NCBI RefSeq assembly: GCF_964355755.1 | Contig: NC_092674.1 | Location: forward strand, 5,642,001-5,706,000 | Direction of reading: 5' to 3' | Length of the DNA stretch: 64,000 nucleotides | From: Antedon mediterranea | Lineage: Eukaryota; Animalia; Echinodermata | Part shown: positions 62,571 through 64,000 of the stretch, piece by piece | How positions within the stretch are numbered: the stretch's first letter is position 1 | Layout: each line of letters begins with the position of its first letter | Position numbers and translations under genes: made by a program | Notes under the pieces: model-generated | What the model saw: only the letters and a program-made list of their open reading frames with translations | Database searches by the model: none | What the model was told of the DNA's origin: nothing

Positions 62571-64000
62571 GTTAAGTTTATTAAAGAAATTCATTAAGAA
62601 ATTTAATTGACAAAAGTGGTGGTTTTATGACCAATCTTGCATTCATCCCTTGAGAAATGGTGGAAATGTGAACATCCTGACTTCACCATTCTATGATGTA
62701 TTACACATGACCTCCAGATCAGCTGCCAACCAGTATATCCTGACATAAACATAAAGTATCACACCAACCAACCAATAAATGCATCAACTGGATGGAGACT
62801 GGCAAATGAGATAAGATTTTGGTTGTCACTTTACTAACCCGTGAGAATTTGAACATCCAGCAACATGGTACCTGGCAATTCCTGTATTTGACAAACAATG
62901 TAGCCTACCAAACAAATAATGCACTCACCACTAATGTTACCACCAAAAGTTGCACAAATGTACCCGACAAGCAGTGTAACTTAGAAACCCATGAAACTGA
63001 CTGACTGGTTTACTCCATCATCCACCCAGTACTGCAACCAACTCATGTACCTACGAACCGATTTATCAAACAACTTCAACTAATACCAACCATTCTACCT
63101 AGCAAACTGTATCTACATAGTATTCTATACCCACTTAGTTGACTACCTCATAATCATCTACAAATATAAACATGTTTAAATAACCTTCCTCCCCCACAAT
63201 GTCTCTCCCTCTACAATTACAAATTCCCTAGCCGATTACAAACTAACATAACAGATTTGTCTCAAAGATCGAAAGATTATTTTGGCGACAAATTCCAAAT
63301 CCTTCTAAACACATAGTCATGTAAATGAAGATGATTACAACCATTTTTCTTTTTAAAAATAATTCCATTGGCAAACATTTAAAGTTTCCTAAATTTCTAT
63401 ATTAACTGTGATATGTGTCGACTTTCGTAGGCACACCCTTTCCTGATATTCCGCCACTTGGGATTTTAATCATTCCAGCATAATTTCATGTAGCCTGGTC
63501 ATATGTCGTTTCTAAGGAAAACTTAAGTCTGACAGGTGTTTGAGTTGCCTTTTTTCTGTGTACAGGTTTGCAAGTGTTTTTTATGTCACATGGTATTGAT
63601 ATGTCATGTTTTAAAATGAAAACTTGTATAATTATCACCTTTTCAAGGCTTTTAAAAGTTATTTTTACAAATTTTGTATGATATCAATTACAATCAAGTC
63701 AAGGAGTCTGCATGTATTTCCTATTACAATTTACTGTTATCAAATTAACTTGATATAACTTATAGGTAAGATTTTTATTAAAATTAGAGAGGATAATATG
63801 TCAACAAATAATATCGATCATTTTCATAGCCTTTGGTACTTGATGCCAGCACATTGTGGTACAACTCGTTAACAAAAAATTGACTTAATGTGAATAAACT
63901 TTACAAGGGAAATATCTTGATTTTAATAGACTTACAGTTGTAAGGTGTGAGTTTTTTCTTGGCCCTATTCCAATTTTGATATGAATATAATGTTATTTTG

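Overview
This is AT-rich (roughly 30% GC by eye) eukaryotic DNA, most likely intronic or intergenic sequence from an invertebrate animal. That is inferred from tRNA-derived SINEs, RTE and CR1/L2-type LINE tails, and TTAGGG-type repeats. I can recognise no host protein-coding gene, RNA gene or CRISPR array. The ORF-track entries are short chance ORFs or frames lying in repeats. The window contains a high-copy TA-flanked MITE family (6 copies), a TTAA-flanked Kolobok-like MITE, a hAT-like MITE carrying a nested LINE 3' end, several SINEs and LINE 3' fragments, a 1.8-kb array of 66-bp units with a 193-bp higher-order repeat, and several smaller minisatellites. The most unusual signal is a set of tiny (27-38 bp) CAT...ATG hairpins, each flanked by a 7-bp direct repeat. 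They resemble P-element-type excision footprints or ultra-minimal transposons. The palindrome TAGGCCTA is also strongly over-represented and may be a second footprint class. All coordinates and counts were made by hand.
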